Source: Paraspadella gotoi
Taxonomy: Eukaryota > Animalia > Chaetognatha
DNA length: 64,000 bases
Assembly: GCA_051294375.1 (NCBI GenBank)
Contig: CM119266.1
Location: forward strand, 1,121,554 to 1,185,553
Direction: 5' to 3'
In this document: positions 10,477 through 24,219 of the stretch, one piece after another
Layout: each line of letters opens with the position of its first letter
How positions within the stretch are numbered: the first letter of the stretch is position 1
The notes under the pieces: model-generated
Told to the model about the DNA's origin: nothing
The model's input: only the letters and a program-made list of their open reading frames with translations
Database searches by the model: none
Made by a program: the position numbers and the translations under genes

Positions 10477-13227
10477 CTAAACCTGATCTTGATTTTGCTG
10501 GAGGTTAAGCGCCCCATGACGCGGATGAAGAGCAGCCATTGGGTTTCGTCGAGCGTGAGCCTCCATGGCGTCTCTGTTGGCGTTGGCATCGGGGTCCGCC
10601 CTTGGGCCGTAGACGGGCACGCCATTACGATCAGTGTAAAGATACTGAGGATGCGGCTGCGGCGGCGGGTTCGCTCGCGGTTGAAAAAAGATTTCTTGTT
10701 GCTGAGGCAATAGAGCGCCTGCACGAGGCTGCTGTGGTTGAGCGTCCTGTATCATATGCTGAGCTTTTGGAGCCGGGCATACCAACTGCTGGTGAGCCGG
10801 GCATACCCGTTGTTGACGAGCCAGATGTAGTTGTTGTGGAGGAGCTGGACGAGCACCATGTTGCCGAGCTGGAAGTAAGGGCTGTTGATGAGCTGGTGGT
10901 ACCGGCTGTGGAGGAACGGGGGTTACCGCCTGTTGACGAACTGGAGGAGCCGGCTGTTGACAAGCTGGGGGAGCCGGATGTTGATGAGCTGGAGGTACCA
11001 GCTGTTGAGGAGCCGGCCATGCCTGCGGGCGATGAGCCGCGCATGGCTGTGGCTGATGAGCCGGGCATTCTTGCGGCTGATGAGCCGGGAATGCTTGCAG
11101 CCGATAACGAGCCGGGGGTACTGGCAATCGGAAAGCCGGGCGTGGTGGCGGCGGCGCCAATTGTTGAAGAGGCTGTGGTTGCGGAACGTAGGGGAGTGGA
11201 ATAGGCAGTACCGCTTGCAGATACGGCATGTGTGCTGGCTGCAGTGCATGTGGTTGCCCCGCCTGCTGCCCCAGCTGCGCCTGCCGCCCTCCATGAGCAT
11301 GGTTTCTCCGTTGCACAAAGATTTGTTGGAAAAGGTTCTGATTATTTAAGAGGTTGACAGGAGGCTTTCTGTTTGACTTCACCCCGATTGGTCGAGCGCC
11401 AGAAAATCCTTTTTGTGCCCTCTCGAGCTCGGCATCCTGGCGGATTTCTTCGATTGCGGCGTCATCGGCACACTCCGGATCGCTCCATAGGTTACACTTG
11501 TTACATTGTTGACACGCCTTACCAGGATCCAAGGGATGTTGGCAAAAGTGGTATCCATCCTTGTCTTCATACCGGACCAGAGGCGTTCGGCAAACGTTGC
11601 ACAAAGCGGCGCCGCACCTGCAGGAGAGCTTGTTACAGCCTCCCTCCTGTGTGGAATAGTTAAGACTTAAAAAGTGAAAGAACAAAAATAATACAATAAC
11701 ATAATTAAAATAAGTTAAAAGTTGGGATTCGATTTTTTACTGATTTGGTTTCATTTATTGATTTTTTATCGAGTTTTTTAAAATGAATATTTTAATTACT
11801 TAACCTTGAGAGACGCGCTGTCGCTAAAATTTATTTAAACATTTTTGGGACGGCATCTTCAATTAACAGAAAACTATAATGAATAATACTGTAATCTGTT
11901 CAATTTGAGTTTAATCTCCCGAGGCAGCTTTATCTAAGATAGTTAATGATTAATAATCGAAAATTTTCTTCTTTACCCTTTTAGCTTATGCCCCGTCTCA
12001 ACATTTTATTTCCCAACCACTCGCCTTAATCAATGGCGTCTGGCAACTCTGACAGTTCCGAAGCCGCTGCGCCGTCATTTTTTCCTCGGCGGCTTTGCGC
12101 AGTTTAGCTCCGTCCAACTTCTCCACCTCACAGCACCGCAGTCCGAAGTGGTCGTCGTCCCAGGGCTCCTTGCAAAGTCGGCAGGTGACGCGGCCGCAGT
12201 CCGGCTTCTGGCACCGCAGCACCTTATCACTGTCTTCCGGCGCCATAAAGCACTTGAAGTTGCAATGAGGGCATTGGGCAAGATCTCGCCGATCCTTGAC
12301 GGCAAGTCGCACCGACTCCTCCTGTTCCCTCTCGTCGAGAAGCTGCAGGGTCTTGGCCGGGAGACTGGCCTCCAGTTGAGAACGCGGGAATCCCCTCCCA
12401 CATTCTCCCGTCATGCAGCGGAGAGTGGCGGAGCCCTGGCCCCCGATGGCGGATTCGGCGTAACGACGGAGACACTCCTTGCAAAATAAGTGACCTTCGA
12501 AACACTGAACGAGGTTGTCGAAGGATTGATCGTTGAAGCAGCACTTGCATTCGAACTTTTCTTCGTCGTCTGAGCAAAGAGACTTCATCGCCGTGGCAGA
12601 CGTGCAAGGCGGCGGAGTCGAAGAGGGAGCGACTTCGCAAGGAGGAAAAGAGATGGCGCCGCGGGCACGATATTTGCAAGAAGACAAAGAGGACCCCGTT
12701 CGGGGTTTTTTCGCCGAGATACCTTTGCCTTTGGGCCCGCGCACTTTGGTGATTAAAATATCATCGTCATCTTCGACATCTCTGGACTTTCGCTTCCGCA
12801 GAGAGGAGTACTCTGCGAACAGGGCGTCCACGAGCATGTCGGGCGATGAAAAATCACCCGCGTTGGCGAGCACCTCTGCTTGGAGTATATCTTTTTCGGC
12901 GTCGGGAAAGAGACATTGCAAGCGCTTAACACACGTCCGGGTCATCCTTTTACCCCAACCCCCTTTTTTCGCCCTTTTGTCGCCCTGAGGAGCTCGGGTA
13001 ACGTCCTCGATGGCGTCGGCATTGACATAGTCGCTAACATTTTCGTAAGAGACGCCTTCAGCGTCATCCTCGTTTAGGTGCTTTTCTCCACCGTCATCGA
13101 CAGTGTTGTTCCGGTCGTCGTCGCAGTCGCCATCGTTCAAGAATAAGTAGTCAATCCAAGAAGTATCACCCAAGTCGTCATGGTAGTAATAACTGTCGTC
13201 ATTTGGTGGGCAGGAGGATTTGTTCAT
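10477..13227 (-). CDS. RNF216: RBR (RING-IBR-RING) E3 ubiquitin ligase, RNF216/TRIAD3-like
   Basis: Exons 13227-12025 and 11646-10477. RING1 ECKCCF...QCFEGHLFCKEC...CMTGEC; IBR CPHC...C...C...TCRLCKEPW...HFGLRC; linker AEEKMT; RING2 RNCQSC...LIK|EGGCNKLSCRCGAALCNVCR...YHFCQHP...CQQCNKCNLW. Followed by a Pro/Gln-rich repeat tail. Confidence 0.88.
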
Positions 13228-13670
13228 ACTATTGTTTCAGGACGCGCAGAAGTATTGTTAAATAAAAACAGTAGAACTATTTCACTTTGGACCAGTTGTG
13301 GACGTTTTAAAAACTTGGGAGGGAATATCAGCTCTGACAGAGTGACTGTTCAGCAGTGGATTCTTACAAATTTGACGACTCGGAACAGGCGGTTTGAAGG
13401 TTTTTATTTGTAACGGAGGTTTTTAAAGAGCTTCATTTGTTTTTCTGAGTTATGTAGAAGTAACTGAAACTGAAAAAAAAGTAATATTGAAATTGTTAGG
13501 ATTTAATTAATTTTCAATACTTTTTTGAAAAGTTAAATGATATAAAATACTAGTCCATTAATGTTAAATTTCTAATCAGAATTCGGTACGATTATTGGAG
13601 AATTTTGCACGCAGTTTTTGTTAGATACAGATTAAGTCAAGCAATCGATTGAACAGACAACTTTCTAGAA

Positions 13671-13870
13671 ACGGGTTACTTTTACTTAGGGAAGGGTTAA
13701 GGTTAAGAGTGGTTTAGAGATGGTTTAAGATTAGGGGTGGTTAGGGTTAAATGGGTTTAGGGTAAGGCTAATTAAGTATTTTTTTGTAAAAAAAATTTTT
13801 TAAATAAATATTTTTAAATGTTTTTTATAAGCCGCCAATTCCGCGTTCGGCGAAAGTAAAATTTAGCCGT
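13671..13870. mobile_element. Small MITE-like element with internal degenerate TTAGGG-like repeats
   Basis: Imperfect 16-bp inverted termini (ACGGGTTACTTTTACT versus reverse complement ACGGCTAAATTTTACT) enclose about 85 bp of TTAGGG/GGTTAAGG-like repeats. Confidence 0.5.
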
Positions 13871-14434
13871 ATTATGGTTTAGGGCGCCTGCGGTCCCAGT
13901 ATAAAATGCGGTTTCTCCCCCCACGTCATCTCCATCTTCGCTTTGTCGAGGAGGGAGTTCTTTAGTTTATTTATTTATTTATTTATTAATTAATCGGTCG
14001 TAAACAGACTTCTCAATGAACAATTAAAATCCTTCATTTTAAAAAAAATTGACAATTCTATCTTCAGTAGAAAATGTGAGATTTACAGCGAGATATTTTA
14101 GGTGTTCGCGAGAATTAAAGGTAATTTAGTGAATTTATTATCAAGGAAAAAATAGACTGATGATGATGTTCACATGGTCGAAAATTCGTCGTCTGTCTTC
14201 GTCAAAAGGGAATGAGGTTTTTCGGAATTAGTTTTGGAAAAAAAAACAAATGATCATTCGTAGTCAGGAAAATGTTACTTTTCAAACGATTTAATGTAAG
14301 TTTTAGTTATGCTATTACAGTATGTACATGCCACCATGTATTATGAAAACATTTTTACAAAGAATATTGGTATTTTATTATAGAACTTTACTTGATGTGG
14401 TAATCCTTTCTTTTTCGTTGCTATTTAGTGTTAG

Positions 14435-14679
14435 AGAAAACAAAGTGTTTTGGAATTTTACAACAATTTTTATTGTTAAGATACGGACATGTTTCGGCTT
14501 GTTGCTTTCAAGCCTTCATCAGCGTTTCACAATCAGTAAAAAGGTTTGTGCAAAAGAGTTTCAAGTTTCACTTCTTTTCACAACTCACTCAATCTGTCCT
14601 CACTTTCAACCTGTCCTCACCTTCAACCTGTCCTCACATCTGACCACTATTCTGTCTCACCACTTTGTTGGAAAACTTT

Positions 14680-14754
<75 letters not shown>

Positions 14755-14880
14755 TCTTCTTTTGCACAAACTTTTTCACTGATTGTTAAACGCTGATGAG
14801 GGCTTGAAAGCAACAAGCCTAAACATGTCCGTCTCTTAACAATAAAAATCGTTGTAAAATTCAAAAACACTTTGTTTTCT
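14435..14880. mobile_element. Hairpin MITE-like element with ~125-bp inverted arms and an internal (CT)n
   Basis: 14435-14558 (AGAAAACAAAGTGTTTTGGAATTTTACAAC...) is the near reverse complement of 14754-14880 (...GTTGTAAAATTCAAAAACACTTTGTTTTCT). Confidence 0.75.
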
Positions 14881-15460
14881 TTAATTTACTTTTAATCTTT
14901 TTGTCATATCTAAAAGCTGAGGTAATGAATTCAGAATAAGGAACGACAACTGTTATATTGCGACTGCATGAAAATTAAAGCTACCAGCCTACGACAAATG
15001 AAAAAAATTCCACAGTTTAAAAACTGAGAATCAGGTCCTCTTATTTTGTCCAGTCAGGTCTAAGACATTGCCAAAGCTCGGGCTCAGTGACCGTGGTGAC
15101 CGACTGGCCTGAAAGGGAGGAGGAAGGTTATTGTAACCGAGGCCTTTAAAAAATCAGTTGGTTTTTAAGAATTTTTTAACGATACCTACCTAAAAAAATG
15201 CAAAAATTTGTACGTTCTTTAATTTGACACGATTTGCTGATGATATACATTGTACAATGATATACTATTGTTATAAATCCACTGCACGAAAAAATTGTCA
15301 GATTGCCTAATGCAGATATTAAGTAATTCAATAACGATGTGAAGCGTTGCTGGAGGAGAGGAAAAATGTATAATACGACGTCTCGGGAATAAATTAGTTA
15401 AGGACGGGCGATGCCGATGGTGATGGTGATGATGATGATGATGATTATCGAAAACCGTTG

Positions 15461-15619
15461 AGTTTTGGCGTTGTTTCCCTTCATGAGTAAATACGTTGAT
15501 GTTTTTAAAAGGATTTCTTAAAAAAGCAAAAAGTAATCATTTCGTAATCATTTCGTAACTTCCCCCTTCCCTCTCTAGAGTCTAGAGATTTACTCATGAA
15601 GGGAAACAACGCCAAAACT
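15461..15619. repeat. Short inverted repeat (~31-bp arms, ~95-bp spacer)
   Basis: AGTTTTGGCGTTGTTTCCCTTCATGAGTAAAT and its reverse complement ATTTACTCATGAAGGGAAACAACGCCAAAACT. Confidence 0.7.
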
Positions 15620-18600
15620 AGAGCCGAGAGCCGAGAGAAGAGAGCCCACAAATTATTATTATTATATTTTTTGTAGAATCTGTTTCTATTGTTTATTAAA
15701 GATACATATAAAAGAATGAAACGGCAAAACTTCTCTTTCATACTATGAAAGAGAAGTTTTACTATGAAAGAGAAGTTTCTATGAATCATAGAACAGTTGT
15801 TTGTGGGATCTTATAGCCAGAGATGCTACAACAGATGCAGAGTTGGATAGTTAAAGATTTGAAGAGTTAAAAGGGTCGGATAGTTGGACAATCAAAAGTC
15901 GGATAGAGGTTGGGCAGAAGACCCGACCGCGAAGAGGACGAGGCAGGCGCCGACCCCGACGCAAAACTTGATTAAGGTTTGGACGACGAGAGAGGCGCGA
16001 CCCCGGAGTGACCTCGGGAAAAGCATCGGCGGTCAGCTCGGGCGCGGGCGATCGGGAGCGAAAGGGTGGAGGGGTAAGGTGAAGTGGGCTAAAAAAGCCT
16101 TTGTGGTGGGAGGAGCGCGGGTCGGCCTTTCAAGATGTGAAGATGATGGAAAAGTGGTCGCAGAGGGAACGGATTGTCGAGAAGGGCATAGTTTTGCGTC
16201 GGCGTTGTTTTAATTCAAACTTCTTCGTTATCTTCGTCGCCATCTTTTTTTTTCATCACGATCGTCTTCCGATTCGGAGGTGGATGAGAGGTGGTAAGGT
16301 CTCTATCGATCTAATACGATTCGACGTTGTGATAACGGTTTTCAAACCTGAAGACTTGATCATAAATTGACAATTTCATGCATCCGGCGTCAACATTTTT
16401 TTTCCCCAAATCGTTGTTTCGTATTATCGACATTTCTATCTTCGACATCATCGTGGAGGAAATTGGTCAGCTTCGTCGTCATCTCAGCTTTAATCTTCGT
16501 CTTCATCGTTGTCCAAATTTCGTCTCAGCCATGTCGAAGGTCCCGGCGATTTTCCATCGACTCGAGATTAGCACTGGTCAAGCGTAAACAAAAAAAAGTT
16601 CTGGGTCTTATCGCTATGAGGCGGGAAGTGGGGGCTTGTGGAATAAGGCGGCTCTTAAGGGCGAAGCCTTTTGCTCCTTCGCCTTTCCTTTGCCTCCCAC
16701 CGCGCCCGGCGTATTGAATTAGACTCACCCGACCGCTGTGCTGCTGATTTTACCGCCTTCGCTCGTCATCGCCTATGTGAAACCATCACCCTCGTCTCCG
16801 CTGCCACCAATTTTTTCCTCCGTCGTCTCGGCCGCCGCCACCGAATACGCTGCCGCTGCCTCCGCCTCCCCTGCCGCTGCCTCCGCCTCCCCTGCCGCCT
16901 CAAACGCCCCTGGGAAATTCGAGTTTATGTCGAAAATCAAAAGTTTTGCGTCGTCAATCATTGAGTTTGTTGGATAGAATACGAAACTTTCTTTAATATT
17001 TAAAAAAAAAATTATATCGAAAATATATCAACATTTTCTGATTTATTAGTATTGCGATTACGTATTTGTTAAAATACCTTAACATATCCGGACAGTATCA
17101 TGAATCTCTACTCCCTTGGCCTACGCTCTCTCTCTCTCTCTCTCTCTTTTTTTTTTTTTTACGAAAAGGCGCGAATTCTAGGTTTTCTTCACTTCACGCA
17201 TCGACCCGATGTGTTTTGCTTTCATAGGGTTTATCTCGATGTTTACAAATTAACTGTAGGAATAATATGTGACAAAATAAGCAGTAAACTTGTAATTACG
17301 AAACGAAACAGTTATAAGATGAATAAGATGACATTGTGGTCATTCCTTTTACTCCCTCTGTTTGGCTCTGTCTCCATCTTACTTTTTTTGTAACTGTCTC
17401 ACCCTACCACAGACTCTGTGTTACCACCGGTGCTACGAACATATCTTTTTTTCACAACGCAAATGCCGACCGCCATGGTGCGGATTCTACCGCTCGCCAC
17501 ATCGCACTCCGACTGAGGGAAGATTCAAGGGAGTTCGAGACGAGGTAGGAAACAAAATGTCGGATGGCCGGAGTATGAGGCATCTTCCGACAGCTGGCGC
17601 TCAGGACTTTAGACCTTCAGAGACCACTCCACATTAATGGGGTGCTTATTCTAGTACAGCAACACTTAAACAGCGTGACCGTGAGGGGATGGAACCTCAC
17701 TCACGGTTTGTAAGCTTGTACTTAGCCGTCAAAGCTCATGGGATGAGCTATACGAGAGGTGAATTTAGAATTCGTCACAACCTATTTTTTAAATACTATA
17801 TAAATACTACAGTTTTTAGTTCACAATTTTTTGAATTTCTTAATTTTTGTTGTTGTTGTTTTTTCTCGTTTTTTTTATTTCTTCTTCCGTTTTCTTCGGT
17901 TATGGCCGACGAAATCCTGAACTGTTGACGGTCGAATCGGAACCACGACTTTACCTTGATATCCTTTTCACTGTGCTGTCGATGGAGATATCTCCCTTTT
18001 TTTCCTGCATTTTATTATATTTAAACTATTAGTAAACCTTTCTTTCCAACATCCGATCTAAAAGTTACATGTTCTTCCATCTGCTCTCAACATTTTATCG
18101 GTGATATCTCACCTCCCATCTTCCGCTTCACCATTCACATCTCGATTCACGTCCAATCTCTCCTCCCTCCCTTCCCTTTGACCTACCCCCACCCCTTTCT
18201 TAATCCATTCCTTTTTCCCCCACCCTCACAAGAGATTTGCGCTTTCGCTTTTCGCAGCAATCGTCGTCGTCGTCGTCGTCGTTCTTTTTTCTGCCTCAAC
18301 AAGTCGATGTCCTGCTGGTCATGTTTCCTTCTCCCCCTTCGCCTCAGCCTCATGCCTGCCACATCTTCCTCCTCCTCTTCCTCCTCCTCCTAATCCAACC
18401 AATGGCCACGAGATAAATCACTACTACGGACTTAGAAAAGAGTGATAATGCCTTTTTTGGTCATAGTTAGATATACTAATATAAATTATAATAGATGTTT
18501 TAACTTATTTTAAAAAAGACTGAAGGATGTCAAAGGAGAAGATTTCTACCAATGTTGTTAACAGTAGTAAGAAATTTAGGCACAAGTGTACTGTCCCGCC

Positions 18601-19062
18601 CGCTTTACCCTCTTATTCATTAACCATCCCTTCCCCTCTACTCATCGTCCATTCACCGACCCCTCACCCCCGAGTTTTTTTCTTCTACCCAAATGCGAAA
18701 CAAAAGGTGCCAGCGGCCCTGGGCTGCGTGGGCCCTTTTGGCGCAGTCGCGTCAGACTGGGGACTCGCGAGCTCTTGCCCTGTGGGACAAGGAGGACAAG
18801 AAAAAATCTCCTGTTCGGGCGAAGAATCGGATTCGCTCACGAAGATAAAGGAGAAGGAAGAAGAAAGCGGAGAGGATCGTCCAGTGTGTCTGGAAGGAGA
18901 GACATAAGATTGAAGATTTGTGTTTTGAGTTAGAATGTAAGGGATGGCTAAAGATAAAAGAGCCTGGGAAACTAAGGCTTTATACATTGACATGGTACAA
19001 ATCTATATTAATTGACCGATATTATTGATTAATATGTAAAATATATGGATGAAAACAAACAT

Positions 19063-19583
<521 letters not shown>

Positions 19584-22500
19584 CATTATTTTCTTTCTTG
19601 CTTTCTTTCTTTTTTTCTATATTTATTTTTTTTGTTAATTACTATCTTCCTTATGTAAGTTCTATTATTTTATCTTTAATTTTAATTTAATTTTTCTTAT
19701 ATCTTCGGTTTCCGAGAATTATTGCTCTATAATCTATTAGTTAGTAGCTTCCATTTCTTAGAAAACACAAAAAAAAAATCTCGGCAATTTTTAGTTTCAA
19801 CCTTTTTTCTCATCTTATAAAGGATTAGGGATAAAAACATTCTCTCTCTCTCTCTCTCCTCTTCCTTTAGGTCGTGAAGGGGAAGGACGGCGATAAAATC
19901 GCCTTCTCTCTCTCTCTCTCTCTCTCATCTACTCTCTCTCTACTTCCCATCTCTCTCTCTCTCCCCCTCTCTCTCTCTCTCTTTCTCTCTATCTTCTCAG
20001 TCTGGCGATTCCAAGTGTATCTCCCTTCACTTTCACCTTCCGCTCAGGGCCTTCCCCACAGGCCAATGTTACTTCCGAAAGAAACAAAAATTTCAAATTC
20101 ACTTTTAGAAAACAATTTTATAGTCGAGAATGTAACGAAAAAATAATATTTTGCCTTTTATTTAGTTTGCTTTATATCAACTTAAGATATAACAAAAAAT
20201 AAAAGTTAGCAGCTGTAGATTTTTACTTGTTATTTTTAATTTGTCATTCTGATTAATTATGACTGCGTTGAGGTCACATTTGCGATGAGACATGATGTTG
20301 TGATGACGAAAGAATCTTTCCCGGCCACATCGAAATTCATATGTTTTACAAATATTCAATTTCAAAATTTGAATGATAATAAAACGCCAAAGAGTCGAAC
20401 GCGTCAAAGGAAATTTGTTGTCGTAAATATTTGCGTTTGTCTCTTTGGATCTTCTCCCCGGGGCGACCTGTCGTTGCAACGACCGGCCTTCGCAGCCGCC
20501 CGCGCATGACCGCAACAGCGCATCCCTGCTAGTTGCATCAGTGTGCTGCTGTTTTCCCCAAGTCTCTCTCTCGTTCTCGACACTCCTCTCTCTCTCTCTC
20601 TCCTCACTCTCTTCTCTCTCGTCTCTCTTTCTCTACTGTCTTCTCTCTCTCCTCTCTCTCTCATCTCTACGTCTCTCTCTCTCCATCGTCCTCCCATCCT
20701 CCAGTTGGCACCTTCTTTCCTCACACGTACCTGAAGGATTTTTTGTTTGGCGTCCACTTCCCTGTTTTCTTCTCTCTCTCTCTCTCTCTCGTCTCTCCTC
20801 TCTCTCTATCTCTCTCTCTCTCTCTCCTCTCTCTTCTCTCCTCTCTCTCTCTCTCTCCGTCTTCCGGCATTTTTTCTTCCCCTTCTCAGCCTCGTCGTCT
20901 TCTGAGATTCTCCTCCATCCTCCTTTATCGCCTCCTCCTCTTCCCTCCTCCTATTTCTCCTCCTCCTCCTCCGACCCTGGCGCATTTGCCTCTGAGTGCG
21001 TCCCTTATCTCTCTCGCGGCGCCGAAAAGGAACGAAATAGAAATGACTTTTTTTCGGACTGTCTCTGACTCTGTCGCTGTCTCTGTCTCAGTCTAATTTT
21101 GGGCATTACACGTCTTATCATAGAAGCTTTAATTTACTTCGACTGTATGCACCATTTTTATGCATGAATTTCGCGACTTCAAGCCAACTCCCACTTGTTT
21201 TTGAATAATATTATTTAAACAAAAGAACATCGTAACGGACGGACCGACAAAAAGGATTTGTTTAAAAGCTGAAAACAGAACAAAACAATACAAAAAACCA
21301 GTTAATTATACTAATTTGTAAATTAAAAAAACACGAAGCAAAAAAAAAAAAAAAAAAACGAAACCAAAAGTCAGTAATCGTCTCATCTTTCTTTCGGTGG
21401 CCGAGTCTTCTTGAACAAAAAAGGGTCAAAACCCACGGATTCTATGAAAAATAAATTGAGCCTCGTTTTCGGGCCGTCGACCGTTCACGACGCCGACGAC
21501 GACGACGACAAAGAAGACGTCGACGACGACGACGAAGACGTGGCAACCAACCGGAAATCCCCTAAGTTTGGTGAGTTTTGGGAAACGAATCAAGTTTTCT
21601 TCCTCCTTTTCGCTGTTGAATGTGAATGCGAATGCGAATGTGAATGTAATTTTTGTCATGGTATTGTGTCATTTGACTTACGTGAAAACTCCTTAGACGC
21701 AATTCCCGAATAATCAGTCCCGAGATCGAATCCGGGAGATAACTCTTTTTAGTTTGATTTTATTAAACCCTTTATCAGTTAAAGTAAGTTAACTTGTAAT
21801 ATTATTTGGCAGTTTGCCCTACTTCTCTAGCTCAAAACGCGAAGAAGCCCGGATCTAATCCTACTCATATGTGATATTCGTGAAAACCCGATTATTTATA
21901 ATTTTATCGGAGTGAATCAAAACTATAAATTTCACAAGCGCTTTTTCACGAACGTGTCAACGTTAGAAAATAAAATTCGAAAGACGTTCAGGATAGAAAG
22001 ATGGAAACATAACATAACGCCATAAGCTTTGGTGAGAAGGTCATTGGTGAATGCCGGGGATGGGGAAGTTGACTCACCCGAGGTTCATATATCGAAAGGG
22101 AGGTTGGGTTCTTTGCGACGTGGGTTGGCGATTCTGCAATACGAGGATCAAGATAAAGGATAAGTAAATATCGTTTGGCCTGTGTTGAGGAATATTATAC
22201 TTTTTTAAGTTACGGGAGAGGTAGAATTATTATAGAAAATAAATTTTATATGATTAAAAATAAAACAAAATATTCGAACAGTCAAATATTTTTCTCTCCC
22301 CAACTGTATTTTAAATCATATGTGGCGCTTTCAAATCAGAAAAAAAAATAATTAATTTTCGTATTAATAAATAATAATACTAAAAGTAGAGACAGTTGAA
22401 GCGTTTTATTTTCTTTCCATCGTTGTACTTTATTTTAGGCAAGGAGTGACGATGGAAAATCGGGAGGGGGAGAGAGTGAGACCAGAGTCCTTGTTTTTCT

Positions 22501-24102
22501 TCTTTGGGGGACGTTAAGGTTTTTTTTAGGAAGAGAAATAAGACAGTAATGTTTTATTAATTTGGGAGTACAGAGTTTATCTTTATTTTGGCTATATTCT
22601 TTTATCTTATTATTGGAGGGGAAGCAAGCTCGTAGAAAATTCTAGGGGTAATGATATTAATTGAGAAAATGGGTTATAGAATATGGAAAAAAGGTGGAGG
22701 GGGAGGGAAAAGAAGAATAATGAGGGGGCAGGGTAAGGGCGATGTTTGAGCGGAAAGAGTGAGGATGGAAAAAAACTAGGCGGCGGGGAGGGGATTTATA
22801 GGAAATCGAGAAAAAATTTAGGGAAGAGAAAGAAAAAGTTAAGGAAAATTAAATTCTAGTTATATATGAAGGATTTAGTAAAGATGAGAAATAAGGGAAA
22901 GAAGTGAAAGAAGGAAGGAAGGAAGAAGGAAAGAAGGAAAGAAAGAGAAAGGAAAGAAAGAAACGAACTTAATGAAAATAAATGTCTAGATTGTGATCAA
23001 TCGAAAATGAAGGAAGTAAGAGCATATAGAAATTTATGGGAGGGGAAAGATGACAGAAGGAAAAGTGTAGGAGAGGGGAAGAGAAATCTATAAGAAAAGT
23101 GTCGGAGAGTGAGGATAAGAGTTTATTGGTAGGTATTTTAGGACGCGAGATAAATTTTAGAAAAGTAAAAGGTATTTATTAGAATTGATATTTACGGAAA
23201 AGAAAGAGAGAGAGAAAGAGAGAGAGAAGAGATGAGAGACGAGAGAGGAGAGAGAGAGAGAGAGAAGAAGAGTAGAGAGAGAGAGAGAGGAGAGAGGAGA
23301 CGAGAGAGAAATATACGATTTTGAAGAAGAGAATTAACTTTTTTCTTTGGGGGGGGGGGGGTGGGGTAAAATGGGGCGGGGGGAGATTATTTTTTTTAGA
23401 TGGAGAAAAAATTAGAGTAGGAGAGGGGAGGGAATTTAATTTAGGGGCAGCGGCATGGGGAGAGATGGGAGAACAGGGAAGAGTGAGAAGAAGGTTAAAG
23501 GAGAAGAGCGATCAGGAAAGAATAGTAGTAAGAAGTAGAATTACCAAGAGAGGGATAGAAAATAAAAACAGAAAAAAAACATTGGTGAAAAAAAAAAAAA
23601 AATATGTAGGAGAAGAAAAGAGATAGAGAGCAGAGAAACGTGTGAATAGAGAGATGCAGATATAGAGAATACAGGGAAGCTAGTGTCAACCATAGAATTA
23701 GATCAACAGACCCACTTACGGACCCCGCCCCCCGTTCACGCGGGCTGACGGATGAGAGGAAAAGAGAGAGAGAGACGAGAAAGAGAAATACGAGAGAGAT
23801 CGCACGAATACAAGATTGGGACACACGATGAAGCGGAGGAAGAGGGGGGAGAAGGCGAGGACGGAGACAGAGAGTGGGGAGAGTGGGGGAGAGGAGAGGC
23901 CGAGAAGGATGAGAGGAAAAAGAGAGAGAAGAGAGGAGGGAGAAGAGAGAGAGCAGAGAGAGAGAGAGAAGAAGAGAAGAGAGAGAGAGAGAGCGGAGAG
24001 AAGAGAGAAGAGACAGAGAAAGTAAGACGAGAGGGCAGAAGAGAGAGAAGAGAAGGGAGAGGAGAGAGAGAGAGACGAGAAGATGAGAGATGAGAAGACG
24101 AG

Positions 24103-24142
<40 letters not shown>

Positions 24143-24219
24143 GAATGACAAGAGGGCACGGAATCACAGTTTTGAGGAGGTTGTGTTGAGCAAAACAATG
24201 AAAATAGGACAAGGAGCTT

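Noticed and set aside
8067-12988. Plus-strand ORFs overlapping DIPK1 and the RBR ligase (e.g. 10539-11204)
   Set aside because: Antisense shadows of GC-rich or repetitive coding exons; no recognisable motifs.
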